Below the pieces are notes generated by a model that saw nothing but the letters and a program-made list of their open reading frames with translations, ran no database searches and was not told where the DNA came from. A DNA stretch of 64,000 nt, from the NCBI GenBank assembly GCA_963775555.1, contig CAVZJJ010000003.1, forward strand, positions 116,813 through 180,812. Reading direction: 5' to 3'. Positions within the stretch are counted from its first letter, which is position 1. Each line of letters begins with the position of its first letter. Origin of the DNA: an uncultured Bacteroidota bacterium. Its GTDB lineage: Bacteria; Bacteroidota; Bacteroidia; AKYH767-A; 2013-40CM-41-45. Positions 21,106 through 29,956 of this stretch are shown here, in pieces. Made by a program: the position numbers and the translations under genes.

Positions 21106-21138
21106 AGTATTAGTCCTACAACTAAAATGTTAATTCTA

Positions 21139-21990
21139 TCACTCGTTCTTTGTCCTTTCCATAATTGTCCAACTAATACAATTCAATACTCCGCCTCTAT
21201 CGGCAATTTCGTTGCTATCAATCGTTTCAATAGTCGATCCACTAAAAATGTCCCGGAACTGACGCAAAACTTTTTCATCCTCATTTCTACCATAAACCGG
21301 AAGAATAAATACATTTTCCATTTGGAGATAATTGATATAAATTCCATTTGCCTGCTCCAATAATTTATTGTCATAAGGATTATATGGAATTTCTATGCAA
21401 TCGAGACCTGTACTAGCTATAGCTGTGCGGAATTCATTTTGAAACTTTTTATTCTCTCTTGAATAATCGTTCACGATCAAAGTCTTGTAATCAAGGAAAC
21501 GAATCATTCCATCAGCATGTCCGGTAAAATCCCCGGGTTGTTTGGGTACAAACCACAGGTTATCTACTTCAAATAAATCCCGAAGCATGTTTGTTAATTT
21601 CTGCTCCGGTATTCCGGGGTTTTCTGAAAATACTTTATCACACATAATGACAGAATCGGAAGATCTTACAACATTTCCTCCATCGAGTACAATTTCAGAT
21701 TGATTACGTGTCAAATTTATTGCATCACAAATCAAGTCAACATCTGGTATTGTTTTAATCCATATTTTGTCTTGCAAATAATCAGGATTGTATTTGAACT
21801 GAATAAATTTATCCGCAGACACCTGAACAGGCATATAATCAATTGCCCATATATCTTTTGTATTTGGGAGCAGATCAAAAGGGATATTACATCTGTTAAA
21901 AATTACTTCAAATTCTCTAAAGAATTTCGGATTCATTACAGGCAGGCATCCGGCAAGAAAAAGTTTGTTTTTCAGATTGTCAGGAACCAT
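21139..21990 (-). CDS. Agmatine deiminase / PAD-type guanidino-group-modifying enzyme family protein (short, 283 aa)
   Basis: Family motifs in order: DIWAIDYMP, VLDGGNVV, FTGHADGMIRF, and C-terminal GGVLNCISW carrying the putative catalytic Cys. Confidence 0.65.
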   Translation of the reverse strand: MVPDNLKNKLFLAGCLPVMNPKFFREFEVIFNRCNIPFDLLPNTKDIWAIDYMPVQVSADKFIQFKYNPDYLQDKIWIKTIPDVDLICDAINLTRNQSEIVLDGGNVVRSSDSVIMCDKVFSENPGIPEQKLTNMLRDLFEVDNLWFVPKQPGDFTGHADGMIRFLDYKTLIVNDYSRENKKFQNEFRTAIASTGLDCIEIPYNPYDNKLLEQANGIYINYLQMENVFILPVYGRNEDEKVLRQFRDIFSGSTIETIDSNEIADRGGVLNCISWTIMERTKNE

Positions 21991-22055
21991 ACAAATAAAT
22001 TATTTGAACTATATTTTAAATTCTCACTTGAACGAAAGTGCATTTACCCTTAAAA

Positions 22056-22343
22056 TCATTCGCCTACAACCTCAATCACTACCCCACCAAATCTCGCTTC
22101 ATTTGCAATGCATTTTCTCCCATCAATAAAACAGACATTAGATTCGTAAGGTTGTTGATTACCTCTGTAATGTCCGATTAAACCCCCTCCACTATCAAAA
22201 TTCGAGAAGACGACACTTCTGCCATCAATGTCAGTAATTTTGCCTGCACAAGAGCTACAGACGTAAGCAGGATATCGACTCTGGTAAACAACTTCGACAT
22301 TACAAATCTTACAGAATTGTGTAGGTTCAGTAGTTTTTGGCAT
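22056..22343 (-). CDS. Small zinc-ribbon protein, function unknown
   Basis: 95-aa ORF with CKIC...x17...CSSC. No family recognised. Confidence 0.4.
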   Translation of the reverse strand: MPKTTEPTQFCKICNVEVVYQSRYPAYVCSSCAGKITDIDGRSVVFSNFDSGGGLIGHYRGNQQPYESNVCFIDGRKCIANEARFGGVVIEVVGE

Positions 22344-22496
22344 TTTACTATGTATTTTAAGTTATCGTACTTAATAAAATTAAAGGTAGTGGCCTAAGAT
22401 TTTGAATGCATATTCCTGCCAGACATTGGCTTGTTCTCATTACGTCACAAATGTAGTATGATTGCTACGCAACCTATCTGCGTTGTGAATTATGCT

Positions 22497-22757
22497 TTAA
22501 AGTTTAAGGTAATACCCAAGCAAAAGGGGATAAATCTGAACGGCAATAACAATGAAAGGGAATAAAAAATCTTTCGCATCATACGCAGGAAGGACTTCAA
22601 CAGCAGATCCCAAGTCAATGAACCCAAGTTTTCTAAGTTCAAGATTCCCAAACAACAAATTAACGATACGTATCGGATGTTCTTTAGGAATCATTTCATC
22701 CAAACATACCGGAAAAAGTAATGCTTGCTTACGGTTAATACCTATCTGAAAAGTCAT
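22497..22757 (-). pseudogene. Relic of an IS5/IS1182-family transposase N-terminal (InsH_N/DUF772-like) region
   Basis: The 86-aa ORF (...LFPVCLDEMIPKEHPIRIVN...LELRKLGFIDLGSAVEVLPAYDAKDFL) matches the conserved N-terminal transposase segment (P.DHP.R.i...l.l..lg....GrpaYdP). No DDE domain follows it. Confidence 0.5.
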
Positions 22758-22977
22758 GTGAATTCTTTACTTAATGCTGCTTCAACCAGAAATAAATTCA
22801 AAACACAGAACTTAAGATTTATAAATAGTTTTTGAACAGTCTGCCGATTTGCAGCTACCCGAATGTGGCGATTTCGAAGCACAAAACTATCAACCAAGCA
22901 GAAACTTTGATAGGAGCACAAAGCTCGATTTACCCACTGAACCGCCACTTTTGGGTAGGTGCTGTTAGGCACAGTAT

Positions 22978-23532
22978 TTATCTTAATTGTTGTTCGATGT
23001 TGTCTAAGTCTGAAATTATTTGTTGTCGTTGTGTGTTGTTAAACCTATCGTAAAACGAATGTCCGCCATTTCGTAGAATATATATAACTCTTAAAATTAT
23101 TTCTCTCCAATAATGTTTGTAAGAGTCTTGGCATTCTTGGTTGTTTATAGATGTTTGAGTGCTAAGTAGAAATTCATATTCCTCCAAATATTTTCTGGCT
23201 GTTTCCGTTGATAAATTATTGGTTATAATTTCAAAGTAAGTGCAAAAAAGATTGAAGCAGTAGTTGTGAAGGAAGCCATATTTAACAACATATTCTCGTC
23301 TTGCATTTCTCGCTGTTAAGTCAAAGAACTCATCAGAATATGGGCTATAAAAAATATTATTTACTCTGACCTGAAAATTAAATGTTCCTGCAAGGAGTAA
23401 ACTCTCGTTTGGTTGTGGATAATTGCCGTCAAACGAAATATCAAGATTTGTATCTAAAAAACGAACGAAACGGTTATCCAAATTTCTAATAACATCGTTT
23501 TGCACTAATAAAAATTGTTCTTTAATTGTCAT
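22978..23532 (-). CDS. Hypothetical protein (184 aa)
   Basis: Clean ORF lying 8 nt downstream of the 249-aa ORF on the same strand. No motif recognised. Confidence 0.45.
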   Translation of the reverse strand: MTIKEQFLLVQNDVIRNLDNRFVRFLDTNLDISFDGNYPQPNESLLLAGTFNFQVRVNNIFYSPYSDEFFDLTARNARREYVVKYGFLHNYCFNLFCTYFEIITNNLSTETARKYLEEYEFLLSTQTSINNQECQDSYKHYWREIILRVIYILRNGGHSFYDRFNNTQRQQIISDLDNIEQQLR

Positions 23533-23540
23533 ATGTTGTT

Positions 23541-24290
23541 TTATTTTGAAATTGTTTCAAATTTTGTTTCTCTTTCTTTTTTAATTGCGTCACGTTGCTC
23601 TTTTGTAAACTCAAAATTTTCAATTGTTTGGTCAGAATGTAATTTGTCAATAATCCATTTTTCAACTTCATACATTAACTCTGAAATTTTCTGTTCATTT
23701 TCCTGTTGACGATTTAATGTGTTTTGAAGTTTAGTTTCATTATATGGTTGGTAATTATTTCCACTATATGCTAATTCTGTTCTTCGCAATCTTAAATTTT
23801 CTCGCATAAGTGAATTTAATCGTATCATTTTTTGAGATAAGAAATAGCCGATGTGAATAGTTTCGGTAAATATTTGTGTTCTTATCTCGTTTAGTTCATT
23901 ATCTATGTCAACAAACTCTTTTACGTCTGTTGTTTCTGAGAATGACCAAGATTTTTGATACTTGAAATACATTTTTTGACCTATCTGCCAACATTCAATT
24001 TTTTTGTCAATTGATTTCGTTCCGATATGAGTAAGCAAGTTGTTTCTTACATTTTCGTCACGAAAAAACAGTCCGATTTGAGTTTGAAGTTTTTCAGATA
24101 GATTACTTTCGTATAGAGCAATTGATTTATTTGAAGCTTCTTCTGCGATTGATTTGGTTGCGTATTTTAGATATGTTATTAAAACTCCAATAGCAATAGT
24201 AAGTCCTATTACGATTAGTAAAGATAACTTGCCTTGTGTGTTCTGAACCTTTTCTAATAGTTCAAATATGTCCTTTGCTTCTACGTTCAT
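23541..24290 (-). CDS. Hypothetical N-terminally membrane-anchored, helix-rich protein (249 aa)
   Basis: One predicted TM helix (LSLLIVIGLTIAIGVLITYL) followed by charged helical sequence. No family recognised. Confidence 0.45.
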   Translation of the reverse strand: MNVEAKDIFELLEKVQNTQGKLSLLIVIGLTIAIGVLITYLKYATKSIAEEASNKSIALYESNLSEKLQTQIGLFFRDENVRNNLLTHIGTKSIDKKIECWQIGQKMYFKYQKSWSFSETTDVKEFVDIDNELNEIRTQIFTETIHIGYFLSQKMIRLNSLMRENLRLRRTELAYSGNNYQPYNETKLQNTLNRQQENEQKISELMYEVEKWIIDKLHSDQTIENFEFTKEQRDAIKKERETKFETISK

Positions 24291-24439
24291 TGTTCTGTTT
24301 TTTGGTCGTCTGTAATATTGTGCCTAACGTCAGTTCGTGCAAAAACTAAATGTAAAATAAAAATTTGATTCTATATCCATCAGGAATTCTAATAGGTTCA
24401 AAATTGAAATTGGGCTCTATTAACAATGGTGAAGCGCCA

Positions 24440-24660
24440 CTGTGAATAAACGAAATAAAAACAGCTTGAGTAGCTGTTTTTTGAACTCTAAGATACTCCT
24501 GATGTCAGCTGTTGTACCAAAAAACTTTAGTACATCTCTCGGATCATACGCAAGACGGCCTTCAACAGCAGATCCTGACTCAATGCATCCTAGTTTTTTG
24601 AGATCAAGATTCCTTTATAAACTAATCAATGATGCCTTCTGGATGCTTTCACCGGTGGCT
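24440..24660 (-). pseudogene. Second, more degenerate relic of the same IS5/IS1182-type transposase N-terminal region
   Basis: The minus-strand translation reads ...NLDLKKLGCIESGSAVEGRLAYDPRDVLKFF, with stops and frame changes just upstream (HPEGIID-stop). The nucleotide core CATACGCA.GA.GG.CTTCAACAGCAGATCC is shared with 22570-22610. Confidence 0.4.
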
Positions 24661-24698
24661 TGTGCTTTTTTAAGAGTATATTTTTTTGTGGGTGGCTT

Positions 24699-25523
24699 TT
24701 AGAATCCTGCATCTGTTAGAAATCTATTTGAGTTTGATAATGCTATTCGTAGAACTGCTCTCCAATAGTTGTCTCCCTTACAGCCTTTCATACCAGCAGC
24801 TTCATTGGTCAATTGATTTTGTATCTGTGCTCTTGTAAGCAAACCAACTGATTGCAAAATTGCAATCCGCACATCAGAAATTTCGCTATTACTTCTGTCT
24901 TTGTATCTTTCGGCTAATTTTAGTTTGGTAAAATGTTCTATTATGATAGTTCTCATTCCTACTGGAATTACCGCAGCATTAAGAGTGAAGCTTGCTTGAG
25001 GAATATTATTTCGGAAAATAATTGAACAGTTTAAATATTGAACATTTGGTAAAGTGTCGTAATAGAAATTAATTATTCTACGATTACCTGTTAACAACCA
25101 TTCTTCACCTTTTTCCGTATTGCATGTTGCACAACATGGAATCAAGTTAATTGATAAAGCTGAAAATTCAGGAAAATCGTCTTGAGGTAGATAATGGTCA
25201 AATGTCTTAGGTTCTCCAATGTTGCAGTATTGACATTCTCCCTTCAGCAAATCGCTTTGTCTATTTTTTATTTTTGCTTTTAAGTTTGAAAGTGCAATTG
25301 ACTTTGAATAGCACCCTTTTAATAAATCAATATTCGGTGCTACAAAAGTGGAAGCAGGAATCGTTTCAAGAGAGTTTGGAACTGTCCGATTTATGTATTC
25401 TGTAACACGATTTGAAACAGCTTGACGAATCGCTTGCAAAGATGCTCGTGATGCAATGTTTTTATTATTTACAATGTCATCCCAGTAACTCATTTTTCGT
25501 GTAAGCGGAATTAGATTCTTCAT
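24699..25523 (-). CDS. HNH endonuclease of the kind paired with ABC ATPases (Septu PtuB-like)
   Basis: 274 aa. HNH core GECQYCNIGEPKTFDHYLPQDDFPEFSALSINLIPCCATCNTEKGEEW (CxxC...DH...NL.P.C..CN). Same strand as the ATPase and separated from it only by the IS30 copy. Confidence 0.6.
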   Translation of the reverse strand: MKNLIPLTRKMSYWDDIVNNKNIASRASLQAIRQAVSNRVTEYINRTVPNSLETIPASTFVAPNIDLLKGCYSKSIALSNLKAKIKNRQSDLLKGECQYCNIGEPKTFDHYLPQDDFPEFSALSINLIPCCATCNTEKGEEWLLTGNRRIINFYYDTLPNVQYLNCSIIFRNNIPQASFTLNAAVIPVGMRTIIIEHFTKLKLAERYKDRSNSEISDVRIAILQSVGLLTRAQIQNQLTNEAAGMKGCKGDNYWRAVLRIALSNSNRFLTDAGF

Positions 25524-25622
25524 TGACTGTTGTAAAGAGTTTGTAAATATATTTTCGCATTCAAACTTAGAGGCAAACTATTTTGTTCAAAAATGATAAT
25601 TAACTCCTTATAACTTTTTTTC

Positions 25623-26747
25623 TTTTGTAAGTTCAAGTAATAAGTGCAATTTTTTGTGAGAAGACTTGGTTAGGTGTTTGATAATTAAATTTTCTTACTG
25701 GTCTGTTATTAATTATTGATTCTACTATTTGAACATCTATGTCAGGTACTTTCAATAGGTCTGTTTTCTTTGGGAAGAATCTGCGGATTAATCCTATTCT
25801 GTTTTCTACAGTTCCTTTATCTTGTGAGGTATAAGGCCGGGTAAAATAGGTAGTAGCATTCAGCGATTTTCCTATCGATTCATGTTTACTAAATGCCTTA
25901 TCGTTGTCAAATGTAAGTGTTTTAACAATTCCCTTTAATGAGATTAATCTACGTTTAATTTCGCGCTTTATTATGATGCTGTCTTTCCCGGCTAACCTTG
26001 TGAGTTTGGTTTTCAGAGATGCCCGATCCGTCATTACAAGCAAAGCTCCCTGATGATTTTTTCCCATCATCAGATCTACTTCAAAATCTCCCAAGCGCTT
26101 TCTTTTATCTACGATTTTCGGACGATTTTCAATAGACACTCGGTTTGGAATAATACCCCGGCTATCTCTTCTTAATCCGCGCTTTCTTCTTCTACGTCCA
26201 TGTGCTAAGTGCATATACAGTTTCTTGTCTTGTCTATCTTCCTTACAATTACTTTGCTTACAACGCCAAATCCACTTGTAAATGGTCTCGTGGCTGACAA
26301 AATCCCCTAACTCATTTTTGCCAACGACATGAATTAATTCCGGACTGAATTTTATACTCTTCATCCAGAGACGCGTCCACACTTTCATTTCATCGGTAAA
26401 TCTTTCTTTTTTCATTTTGATTTGATGCCGATGATCCGTTTTCCGTTGTGCATTTTCAGCTGTGTAAACCAAAGCTCCTCTTCCACGTTTTGGTATATTC
26501 CGTTTAAGTTCTCGACTTATCGTGGATGGCGATTTATTTACAATTTTCGCAATATCCTTTTGAGCGATTCCGCTTTTTAATAAGGCTTCAATCTGATATC
26601 TTTGTTCAGAGTTGAGATGGGTGTAGTTTTTTGACATAAGCAATCCAAAGATGAAGCTTCTCAGCTTAACTTTCACCTGGGACAATTAAAAGTCCCAAGG
26701 TGAAAGTTTAAATCTTTAAATTGCACTTATTGGTTGAACACGGCTTT
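25623..26747 (-). mobile_element. IS30-family insertion sequence, copy 2, inserted in the last codons of the ATPase gene
   Basis: Same 1125-bp block as 19981-21105. The final ~12 codons and the stop of the ATPase ORF (26708-26747) lie inside this block. Confidence 0.85.
25633..26685 (-). CDS. IS30-family transposase
   Basis: 350-aa translation identical to the product of 19991-21043. Confidence 0.9.
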   Translation of the reverse strand: MSQVKVKLRSFIFGLLMSKNYTHLNSEQRYQIEALLKSGIAQKDIAKIVNKSPSTISRELKRNIPKRGRGALVYTAENAQRKTDHRHQIKMKKERFTDEMKVWTRLWMKSIKFSPELIHVVGKNELGDFVSHETIYKWIWRCKQSNCKEDRQDKKLYMHLAHGRRRRKRGLRRDSRGIIPNRVSIENRPKIVDKRKRLGDFEVDLMMGKNHQGALLVMTDRASLKTKLTRLAGKDSIIIKREIKRRLISLKGIVKTLTFDNDKAFSKHESIGKSLNATTYFTRPYTSQDKGTVENRIGLIRRFFPKKTDLLKVPDIDVQIVESIINNRPVRKFNYQTPNQVFSQKIALIT

Positions 26748-28498
26748 GATAAGGTTTTCAGAAATTCTCTGTAATACTCATCATGATTTATTGTATGAAA
26801 TATTTGTTCAGTAATTGTATTTAGATTTTCTCCAAATGTTTCTATGCCAAGCCCTCGGACACTTGGACTATTTTCCATTCTCTCAATAACAATAATATCT
26901 TTTGATGGAACTTCTTGAATTATCTGCGGTGAGTGAGTTGAAATTATTGCATAGGAGTCAAACTTCTTTAAAATTCTGTTTACAACATTGATAAAAAGAG
27001 AAATGCTGTTGGGATGTAAATGAGTTTCGGGTTCGTCAAAGAGGAGTAAAGATTCATTTGTAATGAATGCCAGCACCTCCGCCAAAATGAGAATCATAAT
27101 TATTTGCCCTGAACTGTATTTTGAAAAACCATCTTCGTCATAAAGTGAAAACTCTTTTGTGCTAAACTCAATGAAATCTTCGTCCAATATTTCTGAAGCT
27201 ATTTCATCTGAAAGAACTAACGATAGATACTTCCCGAAAAGTTGAACTCTGTCCGACTTCTTTAAAGCAGCAAACGCTTTAGTAACTCTTGTTTGGATTT
27301 GATGCTCGGTTAAAAATCCTTTCTCACTTTGAAAACCGCAATAGTAATAGCTGTAAGTTTTGGTTTGATTCGGTTTTGGAAACCTGTCAAACAAACTGTA
27401 TGAAATTGCCATTACTCGGCTAAATGGGGGAACATACTTGGTGGAAAACTCTCCTTGTTGTTCGTGTCCACTAAGTGTTGAAGCTAACTTTCCGATATAT
27501 TGCGTTTTACCTGTTCCATTTTTTCCAATGATAACTTTTATTCTGAATGGTAAACTTTCCTTTTCAGTAAAATCAAATTTTATTTTGTGTTTATCAGTTG
27601 CATTTCCAATCAATGTTGAAAATGTAAACTGAAAAGTATTTTCAACTTTTATGTTATTGTAGATTCGTTTCCCTTCTCGTAATGCCTTCTGTGCTTCGCT
27701 ACTTCTTAGCAATGAGGTTTGAAAACCACTCTCATGTTCAAATGATTCAAGTATGCCTCTGTTTGTTGCCAAGTCATTTACCACATCAAGATAATGGTCA
27801 GCAGTTTCTTTCGCAATATCCTTTCTGAGATTTACATAGTAGCTATTTGATTGACCTAATGAACAAAAATTATTATCCAACGATGTAAATGTTCCAGGAA
27901 GTTCACCATTACTTTCTGCTTTGTTATAAAACTTTGCAGTTCCAATGCTTGTAAACTTTTTTCCTGACAAATAGTAAACAATCTCATATTGCGTTTTGAA
28001 TCCGTAATCATCCCAATTATCTTTTTTAAAAACAAAACATGGAAATAGATGATAACCCATTTTAAACTCCTCTGCTGAATAAAAGGGAATCTCTTTTCCA
28101 GTGAAAAGGAGCTTATCGTTCTTGAAAATTTCCTTTAAAGAATCAAGGTTATTTATTCTTGAAATTATTGAACGATAAGCACCTTTATTTTTTATTTCAA
28201 ACGGTTCAAATATTTTATCCCACTTTATTTTTAAGGTCTTGCCGTCTTGCTTATTTTCAGTAACTGTTCCTGTGGCATGAATTAAAAGAATAGAGATTGT
28301 TTTATCATTTTCTTTTCTTGTGTAAGTTGTCTTAGCTGCAATTCTTGAACCTACAGGAACTGAATTTACTCTATCTAAATATTTATCATCAAAACCATTT
28401 TCCCAAATGCCTCTTTGAAGGAATCGCACTAATTGATTCTCTGGTACGCTGTCCTTCCAAGTGAAACCTACACAGTAGTATTGAATATTGTCTGCCAT
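26708..28498 (-). CDS. ABC/SMC-like (AAA_15/AAA_21-type, PtuA-like) ATPase with ~315-aa uncharacterised N-terminal region; C-terminal tail replaced by IS30 sequence
   Basis: Walker A IIGKNGTGKT (res 323-332), signature-like SSGQ, Walker B LLLFDEPETHLHP, H-loop ISTHSP. The start lies 6 nt after the pAgo stop. Confidence 0.7.
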   Translation of the reverse strand: MADNIQYYCVGFTWKDSVPENQLVRFLQRGIWENGFDDKYLDRVNSVPVGSRIAAKTTYTRKENDKTISILLIHATGTVTENKQDGKTLKIKWDKIFEPFEIKNKGAYRSIISRINNLDSLKEIFKNDKLLFTGKEIPFYSAEEFKMGYHLFPCFVFKKDNWDDYGFKTQYEIVYYLSGKKFTSIGTAKFYNKAESNGELPGTFTSLDNNFCSLGQSNSYYVNLRKDIAKETADHYLDVVNDLATNRGILESFEHESGFQTSLLRSSEAQKALREGKRIYNNIKVENTFQFTFSTLIGNATDKHKIKFDFTEKESLPFRIKVIIGKNGTGKTQYIGKLASTLSGHEQQGEFSTKYVPPFSRVMAISYSLFDRFPKPNQTKTYSYYYCGFQSEKGFLTEHQIQTRVTKAFAALKKSDRVQLFGKYLSLVLSDEIASEILDEDFIEFSTKEFSLYDEDGFSKYSSGQIIMILILAEVLAFITNESLLLFDEPETHLHPNSISLFINVVNRILKKFDSYAIISTHSPQIIQEVPSKDIIVIERMENSPSVRGLGIETFGENLNTITEQIFHTINHDEYYREFLKTLSKPCSTNKCNLKI

Positions 28499-28504
28499 AA
28501 TATT

Positions 28505-29956
28505 TTACATGTAAAAACTATATTTCAATTGCATCTCATCATCGGGGTCAAGATATTTTAAAATCTCTCCCACATTTCTTGCACACTCAATTGTTATTGG
28601 AAATTTTCGGTCAAACTGTGTATTATTCCAATTCATTTTAGTCAATGCTAAAATTTCATCACAAATCAAATTGGGTGATTCATCATACTTAGCTAACTTA
28701 ATTTCAAGTGGACTTGGAATGTATTTCCCCGGGTAAGTTTCGTAGTATGGAACAGAACCTCTTGAATACAAAACATGATGATTGTCTGCTAATGTCAATT
28801 GTGTTCCTCTCATTGGCGGATAAATGCCGCTACGATAAAGCCGAACATCTGATTGCTGAATTGAAACCAAATCAATTTGGTTAATGTGTAATTCTTTTGC
28901 TGCCTGACTAAAACCAAAAATTTCATCTCCACTAAAGTTTGATGTCTTGTGCATCACCAATCGTTTAGGAAATATTTTTACTGCATCATAATATTCTTTG
29001 AGTGAAAACGAAAGTAAATTGAACGCTTGCTCTTGCGATAGGTGAGGCGTTCTATCATTTTTCTTTAGTAGAATTTCTTCGCCACGAAGAATAACGCCTT
29101 TTCCAAGTTCATTAAATATTTGTGCAATGCTTGTTTGAGTTGTGCTTCTATCTCTGCTTTTGAAAAAACTAATTCCTGCATAGCAAGTTGTTTCTGCAAT
29201 GTCTTTTCTAATCATTGCCCAAGGTGTTCCCGATGCTTTGTAATACAATGCTGTGAAAAAATTCCAAGCTATTGTTGCAGCATCTTGCATTTCTGCCGTT
29301 GGCTTTACAATTCTATCTCTTACAATTTGAATTGGAACATTGTATTGCATGGCCTTTGCCTTCAGATAGCGTCTGAAATTTTGCTCCTTTTTTGAAACTT
29401 CTTCTTCATCAAAATCCTTTTCGGGAATTTCCTTTTCACCTTCTTCCTCATCTTCGTCTGTTGGTTTTACTTCCTCTTGAATGTAGGTAATGAAGTTTTC
29501 ACTTAACACACATAAAATAATGTCGGGCTTTTTATTTTTTGAAAGAAATTTTATTTCACCAAGAATAAGTTCAGCAATCTCTTTTATTCGGTCCTCCAAA
29601 TTATCTGTGTTGCGAATTATGTCGTCAAACTCTGAATTATTTAATCTTCTCAAATAAGTTTCATCATAAACGATTTCACTTTTGAAACCAACTTCTTTAT
29701 TAAAACCACAAAAGTTTAAATGCAAGTTTGGATGAGGGTTTCTGCTTTCCTTTCCCCCAATATGTTTTTTACATGATTCAATCCATTCAAGAACTTTGTC
29801 AATGCTTTCTCCTTTGCCAATTATTCCAACGGTAATTTTTTCAGGTCTTACTTGGTTTATGTCAAATGGATTAAAATTGAAAATACCTGCCTTCGGACAA
29901 ATGTGTTGGTCTTGTCCGAATTGTAAGGAAGGTTCTTCTATGTATCTTAGTTTCAT
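28505..29956 (-). CDS. Short prokaryotic Argonaute (MID-PIWI only), catalytically inactive
   Basis: 483 aa. MID pocket-like Y197-LKA-K201...PIQ210. PIWI signature QDAATIAWNFFTALYYKASGTPW. C-terminal FPITIECARNVGEILKY. The catalytic Asp positions read GIS and HKTS. The start overlaps the upstream stop (TAATG). Confidence 0.85.
   Translation of the reverse strand: MKLRYIEEPSLQFGQDQHICPKAGIFNFNPFDINQVRPEKITVGIIGKGESIDKVLEWIESCKKHIGGKESRNPHPNLHLNFCGFNKEVGFKSEIVYDETYLRRLNNSEFDDIIRNTDNLEDRIKEIAELILGEIKFLSKNKKPDIILCVLSENFITYIQEEVKPTDEDEEEGEKEIPEKDFDEEEVSKKEQNFRRYLKAKAMQYNVPIQIVRDRIVKPTAEMQDAATIAWNFFTALYYKASGTPWAMIRKDIAETTCYAGISFFKSRDRSTTQTSIAQIFNELGKGVILRGEEILLKKNDRTPHLSQEQAFNLLSFSLKEYYDAVKIFPKRLVMHKTSNFSGDEIFGFSQAAKELHINQIDLVSIQQSDVRLYRSGIYPPMRGTQLTLADNHHVLYSRGSVPYYETYPGKYIPSPLEIKLAKYDESPNLICDEILALTKMNWNNTQFDRKFPITIECARNVGEILKYLDPDDEMQLKYSFYM

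Noticed and set aside
21079-21363. 94-aa plus-strand ORF
   Set aside because: It begins inside the IS30 right end and runs antisense to the well-supported deiminase-family gene, so it is a shadow ORF.
19981-26747. IS30-bracketed block as a composite transposon that moved as one unit
   Set aside because: The outer flanks (…TAATATAATA left, GATAAGG… right) share no target duplication, and each copy seems to have its own TTT on both sides. Independent insertions are more parsimonious, so mobility as a unit is unsupported.
28505-29956. Possibility that the Argonaute is a long or catalytically active pAgo
   Set aside because: It is only 483 aa with no N/PAZ region. The DEDX positions are occupied by Ser/Thr (GIS, HKTS), so it is a short inactive pAgo.
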